Below, piece by piece: positions 1-9,944 of a DNA stretch of 64,000 nucleotides; the stretch's first letter is position 1, and each line of letters opens with the position of its first letter. Position numbers and translations under genes: made by a program. Source of the DNA: Gemmatimonadales bacterium (GTDB lineage: Bacteria; Gemmatimonadota; Gemmatimonadetes; Gemmatimonadales; GWC2-71-9); contig JBBCJC010000005.1 in the NCBI GenBank assembly GCA_037189525.1, positions 224,001-288,000 on the forward strand, in the 5' to 3' direction. The notes under the pieces are model-generated. The model saw only the letters and a program-made list of their open reading frames with translations. It did not search any database and was not told the origin of the DNA.

Positions 1-199
1 CCTTGCCGACCGCCGCCGCATCCGTCCCCACTTGCAGGCGGGCAATCGGCGTGACGGACGACGCATCGATGTACCGGTGCGGCAGGTGCCAGAGCAGATC
101 GCGCGCGGTGTGGATGTCGAGCCGAGCCAGCGCTTCGGCGCGCCGCTCACCGATGCCCTTGAGGAACTTGACCTCGGTCTCGAGCGAGAGCGGCGCCAT
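1..199 (-). CDS. recG: ATP-dependent DNA helicase RecG, N-terminal part (truncated by window edge)
   Basis: Manual translation from ATG at 199: MAPLSLETEVKFLKGIGERRAEALARLDIHTARDLLWHLPHRYIDAS, typical RecG N-terminus (LKGIG..RA..L..L.I.T..DLL.H.P.RY.D); not in the ORF track. Confidence 0.85.
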   Translation of the reverse strand, partial: MAPLSLETEVKFLKGIGERRAEALARLDIHTARDLLWHLPHRYIDASSVTPIARLQVGTDAAAVGK

Positions 200-203
200 C
201 GGG

Positions 204-1139
204 TCAGTCGGTCGCGCCGGACTCCACCAGCTCACGGGCGAAGTCGCGCGCGTCGAATTCGCGCAGGTCGTCGACCCCTTCGCCCAAGCCGATGAAACGG
301 ATCGGCACATCGAGTTCCCGGCGCAAGGCCACCACCGCTCCGCCCCGCGCCGTCCCATCGAGTTTGGTCACCACCAAACCGGTCGGCGGAATGGCCTGGG
401 CAAACTGCCGCCCCTGCTGCACCGCGTTCTGCCCCACGGTGCCATCGAGCACCAGGAAGACCTCGTGCGGCGCCCCCTCAATCTTCCGACCGACGACCCT
501 GCCCACCTTGCGGAGCTCGTCCATCAAACCGTCCTGGGTGTGGAGACGGCCGGCCGTGTCGATAATGACCAGCGTCGCCCCGCGCGCCTGCGCCGCTTCA
601 ACGCCATCGAAGGCCACCGCCGCCGGGTCGCCGCCGGACGCCCCCGACACGCACGGTACCCCGATGCGCTCGGCCCACGTCTTGAGCTGATCGATCGCGC
701 CGGCGCGATAGGTGTCCGCCGCTACCAGCAGCACCGAGTCTCCCTGCCGTTTGTAACGCGAGGCGAGCTTGGCCACGGTCGTCGTCTTTCCGGTGCCGTT
801 GACCCCCATCACGATCAGCACCGTCGGGCCGCTGACCGATCGGCGCAATTGCCCCGGCGCACTCGGCCCGGTCAACATCTCGCCGACCCGATCGACGATG
901 GCCTGTTTCAGATCATCTTCGGATTTGAGTTTGCCGCGCCGGACCTGATCGTCGAGTTCGTCGATCAATACGGAGGTCGAGGCGATCCCGAAATCGGCTT
1001 CGAGGAGCACCTGCTCCATCGCATCGATATCGGCCGCCTTGAAGCCGCGGACCAGAGCGCCCACGTCGGTGAGCGCGAGGCGTTTGATTTTGCCCCAGAG
1101 GGAGAGCTTCTTGCCTTCGGTAATACGAGAGCTTGCCAT
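204..1139 (-). CDS. ftsY: Signal recognition particle receptor FtsY (short NG form)
   Basis: GVNGTGKTTT, ADTYRAGA, DTAGR and TKLDGTARGG motifs. Confidence 0.97.
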   Translation of the reverse strand: MASSRITEGKKLSLWGKIKRLALTDVGALVRGFKAADIDAMEQVLLEADFGIASTSVLIDELDDQVRRGKLKSEDDLKQAIVDRVGEMLTGPSAPGQLRRSVSGPTVLIVMGVNGTGKTTTVAKLASRYKRQGDSVLLVAADTYRAGAIDQLKTWAERIGVPCVSGASGGDPAAVAFDGVEAAQARGATLVIIDTAGRLHTQDGLMDELRKVGRVVGRKIEGAPHEVFLVLDGTVGQNAVQQGRQFAQAIPPTGLVVTKLDGTARGGAVVALRRELDVPIRFIGLGEGVDDLREFDARDFARELVESGATD

Positions 1140-1157
1140 CCCCGAATGATAGTCGGG

Positions 1158-2951
1158 TCAGCGCAGTCCCGAACGCCGGCGCCACCACCACTCGCCGGCC
1201 AGCGCGCCGATCAGAATCCCGAAGATCCAGAGCTTGTCGCGCAGCGGCTCGCGGCCTGCGGAGGCCGTCACGGTCGCTTCCCGATCGGTCAGGGCGACCG
1301 GACGGGGGGTCCATTCATCCGAATAGACCTCGACGCCCAGGAGGCCGCGGCCGCCGCCCTCGAGGCGATAGTCGTAGCGGCCCGGCGCCAGCAGCAATTC
1401 GGCCCGCCCGGCGCCATCGAACCGGAGGGTGTCGGTGCGGGCGCCCTCCGGTCCGGTCAGCTCGACTCGCACCGTGGCCGCGTCGGGGCGGAGCCGCTCG
1501 AACAGGACCGGCCGACCCTGCTGCACGATGGCGCGAACCGGACGCGCGATCCCGGTCGTCGAATCCGAAGCGCCGAGCAGCCACGAGGTGGTCGCCGCGA
1601 CCCAGGCCCGGTAGGCCTGCTCACTCTCCCCGCCCCGGAAGGCCCAGCGCCAGAGCCCGCTCACCCCGACCTGCACCTGGCGGATCCCGCTCGAATCGCG
1701 CCCGACCACCGCGACTCGCTCGCCGCCCCGCCGGTTGAGCACGGCAGACAGGCCGACCCAGTCGCGCGGACCCGCCACCAGATTGGCCAACCCCGTCGCC
1801 GGAGGAAAGCTGTCGGTGGGCAGCGCCACGAACGCGCCCGATACCGGAGAAACGCTGCCGGGCGACAGGTACCAGTCACCGTCCACGACCGGGGTTCCTT
1901 CGCCGGTTGCAACCCAATCCCAACGGGCCCGCGTCCGAACCCGGCGCAACCGCTCCGGCAACTCGCCGAAGCGCACCAGCAGGTCGGCACGGTTGACCGC
2001 CTGATCCACTTCGCCGGCCGAGGTCACCGCCACGTCGCCCATGCGGACCCAGCGATCCCGCTCGACCGCGTAGTAGCCGCGCACTGGAAGCGACGCGACA
2101 TCGGTCAGGGCCCGAAAGAAGAACCGGCTTTCCCATCCCGCCGAGGCCGCGACGACCACGATGCCGGGGGTCGGCAGCACGGTGATCGCATGGAGCCTTC
2201 GGTCGGTACGCAGCTCGGCGTCCGCCGCATCGCGGAGGGACAGGGTCAGCAGGTGAGCACCCGCCTGCACCGACGCCGGCAACGGAAATTCGAGGGTGGC
2301 GCGACCCGATCCGGCTTCGAGCGGGACGGTCCGGGAGAACCAGCGCTGCTCACCTGACCCGATGTCTACCGTCACTTCACGCCGGTCCGGCAGATCGAAT
2401 CCGGAGACCTCGACCTCGAAGCGCACGGTATCGCCCACGGACACGCGATCGGGGCCGATCACGCCGGTCAGGGCCAGATCGGGACGGCGCTCACGCGGCA
2501 GCACCCGCACTCCGGCCTGCGCCAGCAACCCGGGCGAGAGTTCGGAGGCGTCGTCGATTTCGCCGTCGGTCACCAGCCAGACGGGGCGACTCACCGCCGT
2601 CGCCGCCAGCAGCGCATCGCCCACGGCCGAACGACCGCCTGCCGGTGCGGAATCGGGACCGAGCGGACCGATGAGGCGGACCTCGCCGAGTTGGGCGGCG
2701 GCCTGCCGGGCCTCGTCCCAGCGCGCGCCGACCCCAGCCATACTGAGCGAGGCATCGAGCAGGACGAGGGGACGGATCGACCCTGGTTGGCGCGCACAGG
2801 ATTGATCGACGAGCAGGAGGCCGAGCAGCGTCCAGGCCACGAAACGAAGAGACGCCGGCACAGTGGCACGGCGTCCGAGTCGCTCCAGCCCGAGATAGAC
2901 CCCAAGTACCAAGACGGCGGCGATCAGCGCGACCGCAAGGGACTCGACCAT
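1158..2951 (-). CDS. Membrane-anchored hypothetical protein with vWA-like MIDAS motif
   Basis: N-terminal TM helices, LLDASLSM (DxSxS) and LVTDGE, C-terminal TM ending EWWWRRRSGLR. Confidence 0.65.
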   Translation of the reverse strand: MVESLAVALIAAVLVLGVYLGLERLGRRATVPASLRFVAWTLLGLLLVDQSCARQPGSIRPLVLLDASLSMAGVGARWDEARQAAAQLGEVRLIGPLGPDSAPAGGRSAVGDALLAATAVSRPVWLVTDGEIDDASELSPGLLAQAGVRVLPRERRPDLALTGVIGPDRVSVGDTVRFEVEVSGFDLPDRREVTVDIGSGEQRWFSRTVPLEAGSGRATLEFPLPASVQAGAHLLTLSLRDAADAELRTDRRLHAITVLPTPGIVVVAASAGWESRFFFRALTDVASLPVRGYYAVERDRWVRMGDVAVTSAGEVDQAVNRADLLVRFGELPERLRRVRTRARWDWVATGEGTPVVDGDWYLSPGSVSPVSGAFVALPTDSFPPATGLANLVAGPRDWVGLSAVLNRRGGERVAVVGRDSSGIRQVQVGVSGLWRWAFRGGESEQAYRAWVAATTSWLLGASDSTTGIARPVRAIVQQGRPVLFERLRPDAATVRVELTGPEGARTDTLRFDGAGRAELLLAPGRYDYRLEGGGRGLLGVEVYSDEWTPRPVALTDREATVTASAGREPLRDKLWIFGILIGALAGEWWWRRRSGLR

Positions 2952-2966
2952 CAGAACAGCGTGAGA

Positions 2967-4226
2967 CTACTCGACGTCAGCCGCGATGGCGGCGGGCATC
3001 TGGGGGCCGAGCCGCATCAGATAAGTGAGCCGATCCCGCTCGGCCTGGAAGGCAGCGAGTTCTTGCGGCGACACCGGATCGCCGTTGCCGAGATCGACCG
3101 ACCCCGGATTGCGGGCCACCCCGTTCTGGCGGAACTCGTAGTGGAGATGCGGGCCCGATGCGAGCCCGGTGGCTCCGACGTACCCGATCACGTCACCCTG
3201 GCGAACCCGTGCCCCGGTGCGCACGCCGGGCGCAAAGCCGCGCAGATGAGCGTACCGCGTGGTAATCCCGCTCTTGTGACGCAACTCGACCATCAGGCCG
3301 TACCCGCCAGCCCGGGCAGCCCGCAGCACGCTGCCGTCGCCGGCCGCCATCACGGGTGTTCCACTGCTGGCCGCATAGTCGATGCCTTCGTGCCGCCGGT
3401 ACACGCCTAGGACCGGATGGAACCGGGCCGAGCTGAAACGCGAGGAAATCCGCCGGAACTCGACCGGCGCGCGGAGGAACGCCCGCTTGAGCGAGGTACC
3501 CTCTGTATCGAAATACTGTTTTCGCCCGTCCTGAGTTTCGAATCGGAAGGCGGACTGACGGCGGCCACCGACCTCGAGATGCGACGCGAGGATATTCCCC
3601 ACCCGGCTTTCACCCAGTTCGGACACTTCACGCTCGAAGAGCAGCGTGAAGCGATCGCCGGGCTGGAGGTCGCGGCTGAAATCCACCGACCAGGCAAAGA
3701 CATCGGCCAGATCCCACGCCAGCCGGACCCGATCGCCCGACGGAATGGCTTCGGAGATCTCGGCGTCGATCAGGGCGTCGTAGAGCGAAGTCTCGATCCG
3801 CCCTTCGAGCCGGACCTGGTGTGAGGTCCACTCGATCGGCCGGACCTCGGCCGTCCAATTCGACGCTTCACGCACCACCCGGGTCTCTTCGGTGTGCTTG
3901 GTGCGGACAGTTACGTCGATCGGATGCGGCGCCGAATCGTGATATCCGAAATGGAACACCTGCCCCGCCCGGATCCGCCGGGCATCGAGCCCCAGCAGTC
4001 CCACGACGGTCCCCAGATCGATGGCGCCGATGCCGCGCCGGGCAAACAGTTCGCTGACCGTCTCACCCGACCGCAGAGTGTCTGATGCGACCCGGCGCTC
4101 CACCACCGGCACGATGACCGGTGTCTCGACCGACAACCGCTGCCACGGCCAGTCACTCCGCGCGCTGAACGCGGCGGCCGAGACCAGGATTCCGAGGGCG
4201 CCGACGACGGCGAGCAACCGCCGCAT
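2967..4226 (-). CDS. M23 family peptidoglycan DD-metalloendopeptidase (MepM/OapA-like)
   Basis: HEGIDY, YAHL and GPHLHYE zinc motifs; signal/anchor; start overlaps ftsZ stop (TGATG). Confidence 0.92.
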   Translation of the reverse strand: MRRLLAVVGALGILVSAAAFSARSDWPWQRLSVETPVIVPVVERRVASDTLRSGETVSELFARRGIGAIDLGTVVGLLGLDARRIRAGQVFHFGYHDSAPHPIDVTVRTKHTEETRVVREASNWTAEVRPIEWTSHQVRLEGRIETSLYDALIDAEISEAIPSGDRVRLAWDLADVFAWSVDFSRDLQPGDRFTLLFEREVSELGESRVGNILASHLEVGGRRQSAFRFETQDGRKQYFDTEGTSLKRAFLRAPVEFRRISSRFSSARFHPVLGVYRRHEGIDYAASSGTPVMAAGDGSVLRAARAGGYGLMVELRHKSGITTRYAHLRGFAPGVRTGARVRQGDVIGYVGATGLASGPHLHYEFRQNGVARNPGSVDLGNGDPVSPQELAAFQAERDRLTYLMRLGPQMPAAIAADVE

Positions 4227-5440
4227 CAGTCCATCTGCCGTCGGATGAAGGTGGGGATTTCCATGTCCGGCATGTCGGTGCCCAGTCCGGGCATCGCGGT
4301 TCTCGACGGCAGCGGAATGGTCCGCGCCGGGGGCTGCGGAGCAACCGGCTCACGGGCCTCGACCGGAGCCGGCGCCGGAGTCGCGGCGGCCGCCGGCCGA
4401 GTCTTCTGCTGCGGGAACTGGAGGACCTGGGAGCTGGCCCGCTGAGCCTGCGCGGGGGCCGGCACGGGCACATCACCGGTCACCGCCCTATCGAAACCCG
4501 TCGCGATTACCGTGATGCGGACCTCGCCCTTCAAGGTCGGATCGATCGCGGCGCCGAAGATGATTTCGGCATCGTCGCCCACGGCCTCGTGGACGATCTC
4601 GGCCATGGTGGTGACCTCGTCGATCTGGAGATCTGCGCCGACCACGTTCATGAGCACACCGGTTGCGCCGGCAATCGAGATGTTGTCGAGCAGCGGGCTG
4701 GTAATCGCCTGCTGCGCGGCCTCGAGTGCCCGGTTGTCGCCATAGCCGATCCCGGTACCCATCAGCGCCGAGCCGCCGTTCTGCATTACGGTCCGGACGT
4801 CGGCAAAGTCGACATTGATGAGACCCGTTGCCGTGACCAGACCCGCGATACCCTGGGTGGCCTGGAGCAGCACGTCATCGGCCTTCTTGAGCGCGTCCTG
4901 GAACAGGATCCCCTTCCCGACCACGGCCAGGAGGCGCTCGTTCGGAACCACGATCATAGTATCGACATGCTGCCGCATTTCCATGATCCCGGTCTCGGCC
5001 TGCTTCATCCGCTTCTTGCCTTCGAAGAGGAAGGGTTTGGTCACGATCCCGACCGTCAGGGCGCCGATGTCCCGGGCCATCTGGGCAATGAAGGGGGCGG
5101 CGCCGGTCCCGGTGCCACCGCCCATGCCGCAGGTGACAAAGACCAGATCACAGCCCTGCATGGCTTCGAGCACCTCGTCGCGGTTCTCCTCGATGGCCTG
5201 GCGACCGATTTCCGGTCGCGCCCCGGCCCCGAGCCCGCGGGTCAGCTTCTTGCCGATCTGGACCTTCACGTCGGCCTTGTTGGACGTGAGGGCCTGCGCA
5301 TCGGTGTTGACCGAAACGAATTCGACCCCGACCAGGGCCTCCTGGATCATCCGGTTGACGGCGTTCCCTCCGCCACCGCCGACACCGATCACCTTCATGC
5401 GGGCGTTCTGAACCGGCGGTTCTTCAATCCGGAAGGTCAT
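4226..5440 (-). CDS. ftsZ: Cell division protein FtsZ
   Basis: GVGGGGGNAVNRM, GGGTGTG tubulin signature, INVDFADV, C-terminal EIPTFIRRQMD; start placed at ATG 5440 (MTFRIEE). Confidence 0.98.
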   Translation of the reverse strand: MTFRIEEPPVQNARMKVIGVGGGGGNAVNRMIQEALVGVEFVSVNTDAQALTSNKADVKVQIGKKLTRGLGAGARPEIGRQAIEENRDEVLEAMQGCDLVFVTCGMGGGTGTGAAPFIAQMARDIGALTVGIVTKPFLFEGKKRMKQAETGIMEMRQHVDTMIVVPNERLLAVVGKGILFQDALKKADDVLLQATQGIAGLVTATGLINVDFADVRTVMQNGGSALMGTGIGYGDNRALEAAQQAITSPLLDNISIAGATGVLMNVVGADLQIDEVTTMAEIVHEAVGDDAEIIFGAAIDPTLKGEVRITVIATGFDRAVTGDVPVPAPAQAQRASSQVLQFPQQKTRPAAAATPAPAPVEAREPVAPQPPARTIPLPSRTAMPGLGTDMPDMEIPTFIRRQMD

Positions 5441-5460
5441 GGCCTCTGTCCTCTCGATGC

Positions 5461-6714
5461 TCAAAAGAAGTCTTGTAACCAGCGCTTGACGGGTCCGATC
5501 ACCTTGTCCACCGCAGGCGAGCGGCGCCCATGGGCCCCGAACCCGCCGGTCTGCAATACCTGCCGTGCTCCGTACAACAGCAACCCGGCGGGCACGGTCA
5601 TGCGCGGCGACGCGACACGATCCGCCAGCCCGCTCAGGCCCGTACCCGGTACGCCAACCCGCACCGGAAGAGCAAACACTTCCCGGGTCAATTCCACAAT
5701 GCCCGGGAACTGGGCACCACCGCCGGACAACACCACGCCCGCGGCCAATCGTTGACGAAAGCCGGTTCGGTTGAGTTCGTCCAGGGCCAACTCGAGAATT
5801 TCCTGCATTCGCATGTGGACGATGTGCGCCAGCACGCGGCGATGCACGTTCCGGGCGGGTTGACCCGCCAGGTTGGGCAGCTGAATGATTTCGTCGTCGG
5901 CCACCAGGGGTTCGTAGGCCGCGCCGTGGCGTTCCTTGAGGCGCTCGGCTTCCTGCTGTGGCACCTGCAAGCCGTGCACGATGTCGTTGGTGACATGCCC
6001 GCCGGCAAACATCAGCGACGCCGTGTGACAGATCTTGCCGTGCTGGAAGACCGACACGTTGGTCGAGCCGCCCCCCAGTTCGATCAGGGCGCAACCCAGC
6101 TCCCGCTCGTCGGGCGTCAGCACGGCAAGCGAGCCGGCCAGCGGCTCCAGCACGAACTCGCCGACCCGGAAGCCCGCGCGTTCGATGCAGCGCTGCAGGT
6201 TGACCATGGCGCTCGACAGGACGGTGACCAGGTAGACCTGGGCCTCGAGCCGCGACCCGACCATCCCGATCGGATCGGAGATGCCGTCCTGGGTATCGAC
6301 GAGATAATCCTGCGGGACGCCGTGGAGCAGTTCGTGATCGCGGCTGAAGGCGATGTTGGCGGCCACTTCATTGACGCGCGCCACGTCGGCCGTCCGGACC
6401 TCGTTGCCCGAGACCGACACCACACCGTGAGAGAGCCGCCCGGCCACGTGCTCGCCGGCGACGCCGACGTACAGGGTGCCGACCTCGACCCCGGCCATCA
6501 GCTGCGCATCCTTGAGCGCGCGGCCGATGGCACGGGTCGTTTCCTCGACGTCGCGCACCACGCCGCGCCTGAGCCCCGAGGTCCGTTCGGTTCCCACGCC
6601 GAGCACCCGGACGCCGGGGCTCCGCGGATCGCCGGTGACCTCTCCGATCGCAGCCGTGATGGCGCTCGACCCCAAGTCGAGCGACGCCACCAGCCGCGGG
6701 CCGGCGGCGCTCAT
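5461..6714 (-). CDS. ftsA: Cell division protein FtsA
   Basis: LDLGSS, ELGGGST, GGHVTNDI actin-fold motifs; position before ftsZ. Confidence 0.96.
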   Translation of the reverse strand: MSAAGPRLVASLDLGSSAITAAIGEVTGDPRSPGVRVLGVGTERTSGLRRGVVRDVEETTRAIGRALKDAQLMAGVEVGTLYVGVAGEHVAGRLSHGVVSVSGNEVRTADVARVNEVAANIAFSRDHELLHGVPQDYLVDTQDGISDPIGMVGSRLEAQVYLVTVLSSAMVNLQRCIERAGFRVGEFVLEPLAGSLAVLTPDERELGCALIELGGGSTNVSVFQHGKICHTASLMFAGGHVTNDIVHGLQVPQQEAERLKERHGAAYEPLVADDEIIQLPNLAGQPARNVHRRVLAHIVHMRMQEILELALDELNRTGFRQRLAAGVVLSGGGAQFPGIVELTREVFALPVRVGVPGTGLSGLADRVASPRMTVPAGLLLYGARQVLQTGGFGAHGRRSPAVDKVIGPVKRWLQDFF

Positions 6715-7391
6715 CGCGCCCTCCGCCGGACGATGACACGCCCTTCGAAGCGGGCGTCGACTTCAGCGACGTTCCACTGGCGGCTGGCAACCTCGGCCAG
6801 CGCGGCGGCGGTTCCCTGGATGTCTTTCGTGGTAGCCCCCACGCGGAAGAGAAGTCGATGCTTCACGGTTTCCAGCACGATCGTGTTCCGCTCCCGACTG
6901 ACCGCCTCGATGGCGCCATGCAATTCCGAATCGGTGTCCCGCACCCGCTCGATGAACGCCCCGACCTCGCCATCCGCCTCCGCGATCGGCAGATCGGCCG
7001 GCGACCGGGTCGGATCGAAGGGCAGGATCCGACCGCGGCGATCCATCAGCGCCACCCGGTTCGGGGCCCGAACCAGGGCCACCGGCTCGAACTCCGTCAC
7101 CTCGACTTCGAGGGCGCCCGGCAAACGACGATGCACCACGACCCGCTGAATCCCCGGCAGGGCCAGCACCCGGTCGTGCAGCGGCGCGGTATCGTCAAAA
7201 ATACTCGCGCCGGGCGGGAGCTTGGCAGCCTCGGCGATTTCCGCGGCCGTGAAGTAGCGCGACCCGGTCACCTCCAGGCGGCGCACCTTGAACACGCTCA
7301 TCCGCCGGAGCGCCATCGGAGCCAGCCACCAGAGGCTGACCAGCGCCGCGACCCCCAAGGCCCCCAGAATGACGACCCAACCCCGCTTCAC
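6711..7391 (-). CDS. ftsQ: Cell division protein FtsQ/DivIB
   Basis: Single TM, POTRA-like region (RRLPGALEVEVTE), C-terminal DARF; between murC and ftsA. Confidence 0.88.
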   Translation of the reverse strand: MKRGWVVILGALGVAALVSLWWLAPMALRRMSVFKVRRLEVTGSRYFTAAEIAEAAKLPPGASIFDDTAPLHDRVLALPGIQRVVVHRRLPGALEVEVTEFEPVALVRAPNRVALMDRRGRILPFDPTRSPADLPIAEADGEVGAFIERVRDTDSELHGAIEAVSRERNTIVLETVKHRLLFRVGATTKDIQGTAAALAEVASRQWNVAEVDARFEGRVIVRRRAR

Positions 7392-8761
7392 CGGGCCGCC
7401 AACCGGCCGAGCAGCTCGCGCCCGACCCGCGTCACATCACCAGCCCCCAACGTAATGACGATGTCGCCTGACTCAAGCAGGCCCTCGACGGTATCCGTCA
7501 ATCCGGACCGGTCGGGAACGTACCGCACCGCGGCGCGCCCCTCGCGCTCCGCCGCAACCGCCACCAGCGCGCCCGTTACTCCGGGCACCGGCGCCTCGCG
7601 GGCGCCGTACACGTCGGTAACGATCGCGAGGTCCGCCGCCGCGATCGCCCGGCCCATCGCGTCGGCGTGCAGCGCGGTCCGGCTGTAGAGGTGCGGCTGG
7701 AACACCGCCACCAGTCGCCGTCCCGGAAACGCTTGCCGCGCAGCAGCGAGCGTGGCCGCCAGCTCGGTCGGATGGTGCGCATAATCGTCGACGAGCGCAA
7801 TGCCGCCCACCTCGCCCACCCGCTCGAACCGCCGCCCCACCCCGGCAAACTGCCCCAGAGCCGATGCGGCACCCCGCACGTCCGCGCCAAGCGCGTAGAC
7901 GGCACCGAGCGCAGCGAGCGCGTTACGCAAGTTGTGCAGCCCCGGCACCTGCAGCGCCAACTCCGCTGTCGACCCATCGGGAAATCGAACCACGGCCCGG
8001 CTGCCATGCTCGGCAAGCGCCACGGCCTCGAGCGCCAGATCGGGCGCCCCCGGTCCGAAACGCCAGACCCGGGCGCCGATGGCCGACGCCACCCGATCCG
8101 GCCCGTCGCCATCCGTACCGACCAGGACCCGCTCCGCCGGCTGCGCAAAGGTCACGTAGGCCGCTTCCATCACTTCGACCGAGCCGTAACACTCCAGATG
8201 ATCCGGCTCGACGTTGTTGATCACGGCCACAGTCGGCGTCAACGTCAGAAAGGCCTGGTCGTACTCATCGGCTTCCACCACGAAGAGCGCCGTCCCGCCC
8301 AGCCGGGCGTTGCCCCCCCACGACCCCACTCGGCCACCCGCCAGGCCGGTCGGATCAAGCCCGGCCCCGATCAGCGCCTCGGTGGTCATGACGGTGGTCG
8401 TCGTCTTGCCGTGCGTACCCGCCACGGCCACCACCGTCGCTCCGGCTACCAGCCCGGCAAGCGCCTGCTTCCTGGGCACGACCGGGAGTCCCAACCGGGC
8501 CGCCTCGACCAGATCGGGATGCCCCGACGGAATCGCCGCGCTCGCCACCACCGCGCCCGCCTCCGCGACCAGGAGCGGCGCACTGCCCTCGGCCACCACC
8601 GCACCGGCTGTGACCAGATCGACGCAGCCGGAGATGTCCGCATCCGAGCCGGTGACACGCACGCCGCGACGAAGCGCGACCAGGGCCAGCGCGCTCATCC
8701 CTGCGCCGCCGATTCCGACGAAGTGCAGCGGCCGCGAATCCGACTGGAGAAACAGGTTCAT
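7388..8761 (-). CDS. murC: UDP-N-acetylmuramate--L-alanine ligase
   Basis: HFVGIGGAGMS, GTHGKTTT, EADEYD, DDYAHHPTE, FQPHLYSRT. Confidence 0.97.
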   Translation of the reverse strand: MNLFLQSDSRPLHFVGIGGAGMSALALVALRRGVRVTGSDADISGCVDLVTAGAVVAEGSAPLLVAEAGAVVASAAIPSGHPDLVEAARLGLPVVPRKQALAGLVAGATVVAVAGTHGKTTTTVMTTEALIGAGLDPTGLAGGRVGSWGGNARLGGTALFVVEADEYDQAFLTLTPTVAVINNVEPDHLECYGSVEVMEAAYVTFAQPAERVLVGTDGDGPDRVASAIGARVWRFGPGAPDLALEAVALAEHGSRAVVRFPDGSTAELALQVPGLHNLRNALAALGAVYALGADVRGAASALGQFAGVGRRFERVGEVGGIALVDDYAHHPTELAATLAAARQAFPGRRLVAVFQPHLYSRTALHADAMGRAIAAADLAIVTDVYGAREAPVPGVTGALVAVAAEREGRAAVRYVPDRSGLTDTVEGLLESGDIVITLGAGDVTRVGRELLGRLAAR

Positions 8762-8846
8762 CCGTGTCGGGCTAATCTAAATTGCTGTCGAGAGTTGAGA
8801 AAGACAGACGTGACATCATACGCCGGCTTTGCACGGAAGCCGGCTG

Positions 8847-9944
8847 CTACCCGATCAGGCGCTCCAGCCGTGTGACAATTTCGGTCACCGCGTGGGGCTT
8901 ACCGCGCGTCAACGCCGCCCGGCGCATCGCGTCGAGCCGAATCGGATCGGCCAGCAGCCGGCGCACCGCATCGGCCAGCTGTCGCGGCGTCAGGTCGGCC
9001 TGGCGGCGCATCACCGCGGCCCCGGCCCGCTCCAGCGCCTCGGCGTTCTTGGTCTGGTGATCGGCCGCGGCGGTCGGAAGCGGAATCAGCACCGACGGCA
9101 GCCCCCAGGCACACAACTCGGCGATCGTCGTCATCCCCGCGCGCCCCACCACCAGGTCGGCCACGGCGTAGGCGTCGGCAATCGGATCGAGAAAGTCGAC
9201 CACCCGGCGATCCGGCCGAGCATCGAGATGGCGGAACCGCTCGTAGCTGCCCCGCCCGGTCGCCCAGATCAGACTGAGATCGGTCAACCCGTCCTCGGCT
9301 ATCCAGCCGGCCATCAGCTCATTGATGGCCACCGCGCCCTGACTCCCGCCGATCACGAGCAGCACCGGCCGGTCGTCCGGCAAGCTGAAAGCGGCCCGCG
9401 CCGACGCCCTCCGTTCTGGATTCGGAGGAGCAATCGGACTGCCGGTCACCACCACCTCGGTCGAGCGCCCGGGACGCAGATGCGGCACCGCCTCGGGCGC
9501 CCCCAGGTAGACCTCCCGCACCCGGGGCGCCAGCCAACGGGTGGCCAAGCCGGGAAAGGCATCCTGATCGAGGATGGCCGTCGGAATCCCGCGACGGGCC
9601 GCCGCCCACACCAGCGGGCCCGACGCATACCCGCCGGTACCCACGACCAGCGCCGGCCGCTCCTGGTCGAGCAACCGGCGGATCATGCCGAGCAAGCGAA
9701 TGGCGAGTCCGGGCCAGCGCCAGTTCTTCCACCACTGCCGGCGGTAGATCGGCTCGAACGGGAGGAGATGAAAGGGAAAGTTCCGGGCCGGTAGCAGATG
9801 AGCCTCCACGCCCCGTGTGGCCCCGACCATGACGCTCCGCCACTCGGGGTGACGCGCGCGGAGCGCCTCGGCAATCGCGAGCGCGGGCATCAGATGGCCC
9901 CCGGTGCCGCCACCAGCCACCAGGACGGTGCGCGACTCGCTCAC
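8847..9944 (-). CDS. murG: Undecaprenyl-PP-MurNAc-pentapeptide GlcNAc transferase
   Basis: GGGTGGH, GTGGY, GGSQGA, HQTKNA. Confidence 0.97.
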   Translation of the reverse strand: MSESRTVLVAGGGTGGHLMPALAIAEALRARHPEWRSVMVGATRGVEAHLLPARNFPFHLLPFEPIYRRQWWKNWRWPGLAIRLLGMIRRLLDQERPALVVGTGGYASGPLVWAAARRGIPTAILDQDAFPGLATRWLAPRVREVYLGAPEAVPHLRPGRSTEVVVTGSPIAPPNPERRASARAAFSLPDDRPVLLVIGGSQGAVAINELMAGWIAEDGLTDLSLIWATGRGSYERFRHLDARPDRRVVDFLDPIADAYAVADLVVGRAGMTTIAELCAWGLPSVLIPLPTAAADHQTKNAEALERAGAAVMRRQADLTPRQLADAVRRLLADPIRLDAMRRAALTRGKPHAVTEIVTRLERLIG

